This document shows, in pieces, positions 61,986 to 64,000 of a DNA stretch of 64,000 bases (position 1 is its first letter; every line of letters starts with the position of its first letter). The notes under the pieces were generated by a model that made no database searches, was not told the DNA's origin, and saw only the letters and a program-made list of their open reading frames with translations. This DNA is from Trichodelitschia bisporula (lineage: Eukaryota). Made by a program: the position numbers and the translations under genes. The stretch covers positions 819,646 to 883,645 of the forward strand of contig ML996699.1 in NCBI GenBank assembly GCA_010356995.1. The letters run 5' to 3'.

Positions 61986-63097
61986 CTACGCCACACGCAC
62001 CTGCGTCAGCGGAATGCGCTCCATCTCCCCATCCTCGCCCTCTCCAAATCCACCCTCCTCTTCGTCAAGTACTTTCCGTCTCTCCTCCCCACCGCCCACA
62101 GGGTACGGCTCATCGCACCGCGTGCCACTGAGCGCAGGGAAGTACCGGCGATACGAAAACAGCGCGATCGCAAGACCCAGCGCGGACCCCGCACTCACAT
62201 CCCAAACATCATGTCTATAATCCTCACACCTGGAAATCGCAATCAGGGCCGCGCCGAGTAGGGGAGCGAAGGACAGGAGCGCGGGGGCGAGTTCGGCCCG
62301 GGGCCGCAGAACGCGGAATTGCCCTGTGAGGAGGAGGGAGAGGAAGCCGAGCCCCGCGAAGGCGAAGGAGCTGTGTCCGGAGGGGAAGGAGCGCCAGCCG
62401 TCGTGGAGGGTGTGGTGGTTTGTCTCCGTGCATACATCTACAGTAACGAGACTGTGCGCGGGGGTTCCCTTCGCCTATACAGCGGTCAGCGACTCAGCGA
62501 CTCAGCGGCGCAGCGACTCCAGGCGCTTGACACAAGGTGACAGTGAAAGGGAGAGGGGGACATACGGGCTTACACCGCGCGATAAGATCCGGTCTCGGGC
62601 GCCCGACCGCGTTCTTGATAATGTCGGTCACGAAGCCCGCAAGCACGAGGCTGATGAGTAGGCCTAGGACTGCGACGCGGATTTTGTGCAAGTCGGGCCG
62701 GGCGAGTAGCCCCCAGAGGGCGATGACGGCGAGGGGCAGGCCGAGGGCGTAGGCGAACAGCCAGGCTTCAGCTGTCAGCAAACATAGCACAGATATTGTG
62801 GGTGCAACCGTAGACGTACGGAGTGGTACCCGTTCGATCTCCGCGTGGGGATACTGAATCGCGAGGTTGGAGAGGAAGAACATGCGGTGGAAGGGCTCGA
62901 TGTAGATCTGCACGCCTAGGTAGGCGAGGAGGAGGAGGAGCAGGACGAGGACATCGGAGGCGTAAGATCTCTGTGCGTGTTACATTAGCTGTGGCATCGC
63001 GATGGAGAGATAGACTCACACGCCAGAAGCTCCGCAGGGAGTTCACGATCCCGCCGCTTTCGCGGGCCATGCTTGCGCGGCGGATGCCTGGTGCCAT
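61986..63097 (-). CDS. DPP1: PAP2-family diacylglycerol pyrophosphate phosphatase, 4 exons
   Basis: Motifs KNAVGRPRPD, SFPSGHSS and SRCEDYRHDVWDV; introns 62971-63019, 62766-62819 and 62475-62565. Confidence 0.93.
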
Positions 63098-63368
63098 TGG
63101 GGAAGTGTAGTTGCGCAAGTAAGGTTGTTCACATGGCGGCGCAGTGCTGGCGATAAAACCGATGAAAGAAGACACGGGAACGGTAATAGGAGATGTGGTT
63201 TGCTCTATCTGCGGACGGGTGATGTAACGTCCAACGTCGCCATTCCCGCACCGCCAAGACCGGCGAGCGGACACGGTCCGACGCGTGTCGATCTCGACAT
63301 ACTCCAAACTTCCCCACATCACCACTTTCCCCCTCATCAACCTTCAATCCTCCACCACAACCAGCACA

Positions 63369-64000
63369 ATGGCCGACGACGAAACCCTCAGCTTCCCGGC
63401 GCCCCCTCCTTTCTACAAGCACTTCACCACAGCCAATCTCGAGCGCCTCGCAGAGGCCCACCCCTCCAAAACCCCTCTCGAGCTCCGCGGGACACCCCTT
63501 CCCCCGCCCTTAACCTTCCTCGTCCCCCCGCCTCCACCAAGCGAGGGCAAATACCGCTCCTTCGGCGCAGCATACGACGTGCGTCCCCTCCCAAAAAATA
63601 CCCCCTCAAACACCAGCTAAACGAAGCAGCTCACCGCCCCCCTCCCCACCCTCGAAGCCCACGGCCAACCCCGCCTCTACCCCCCCACGCCCACATCAAC
63701 ACCCGGCGCCTCGCTCCAGGGCCCAAACGCCACACACCTCACGCACCTAACCCGCTCCATGCTCCTCTCCTTCCTCGAGCTCGTGGGGGTGATGGGCCTG
63801 AACCCCCCCCTCGTTTCTCAGAAACTGGAGCATCTGACGACCCTGTACCTGAATGCGCACCATTTGATTAATGAGTACCGCCCGCATCAGGCGCGCGAGA
63901 CGTTAATCACGATGTTGGAGGAGCAGGTGCAGAGGAAGAGGGCGGAGGTGGAGGGGGTGAGGAGGTTGGCGGGACGGGTGGAACAGTTGATGGGGGAGTT
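63369..64000 (+). CDS. MED7: Mediator subunit 7 (3' end cut by window edge)
   Basis: Motifs FPAPPPFYKHFT, YRSFG and NAHHLINEYRPHQARETLITMLEEQ; intron 63579-63629. Confidence 0.93.

Noticed and set aside
1..64000. CRISPR arrays, rRNA, tRNA or prokaryotic defence systems
   Set aside because: Eukaryotic sequence; no repeat-spacer arrays, rRNA or cloverleaf structures were seen.

Overview
Genomic DNA of a filamentous ascomycete (Pezizomycotina), judged from spliceosomal introns with CTRAC branch sites and a fungal-type U6. The window holds about 21 protein genes, including a MYND zinc-finger protein, BSD/DOS2, an RGG-rich protein, MET22/HAL2, MRPL6, KAR5, an Ataxin-10/CTR86 homolog, MTAP, a secreted Gly-Pro-Trp repeat protein, HsbA, a Zn-ADH, a cytochrome b561, a long coiled-coil protein, a cellulose-synthase-like GT2, a DUF3112-like protein, a PL1 pectate lyase, DPP1 and a truncated MED7. 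It also holds one U6 snRNA with a downstream B box and two decayed transposon islands (about 0.5-8.6 kb: LINE remnants and a MITE; about 37.2-40.9 kb: Gypsy integrase remnant and a HeLo-like stub). Best leads: (1) a ~1.1-kb gene-free stretch at 33.9-35.05 kb that folds by eye into long-range helices and a CR4/5-P6.1-like junction, a candidate telomerase RNA or other large ncRNA whose template is unresolved; (2) an HMG box embedded in the Ataxin-10 homolog; (3) very short introns (41-45 nt); (4) a C-rich 5' to G-rich 3' skew reversal inside many genes. All calls were made by eye, with no database searches.
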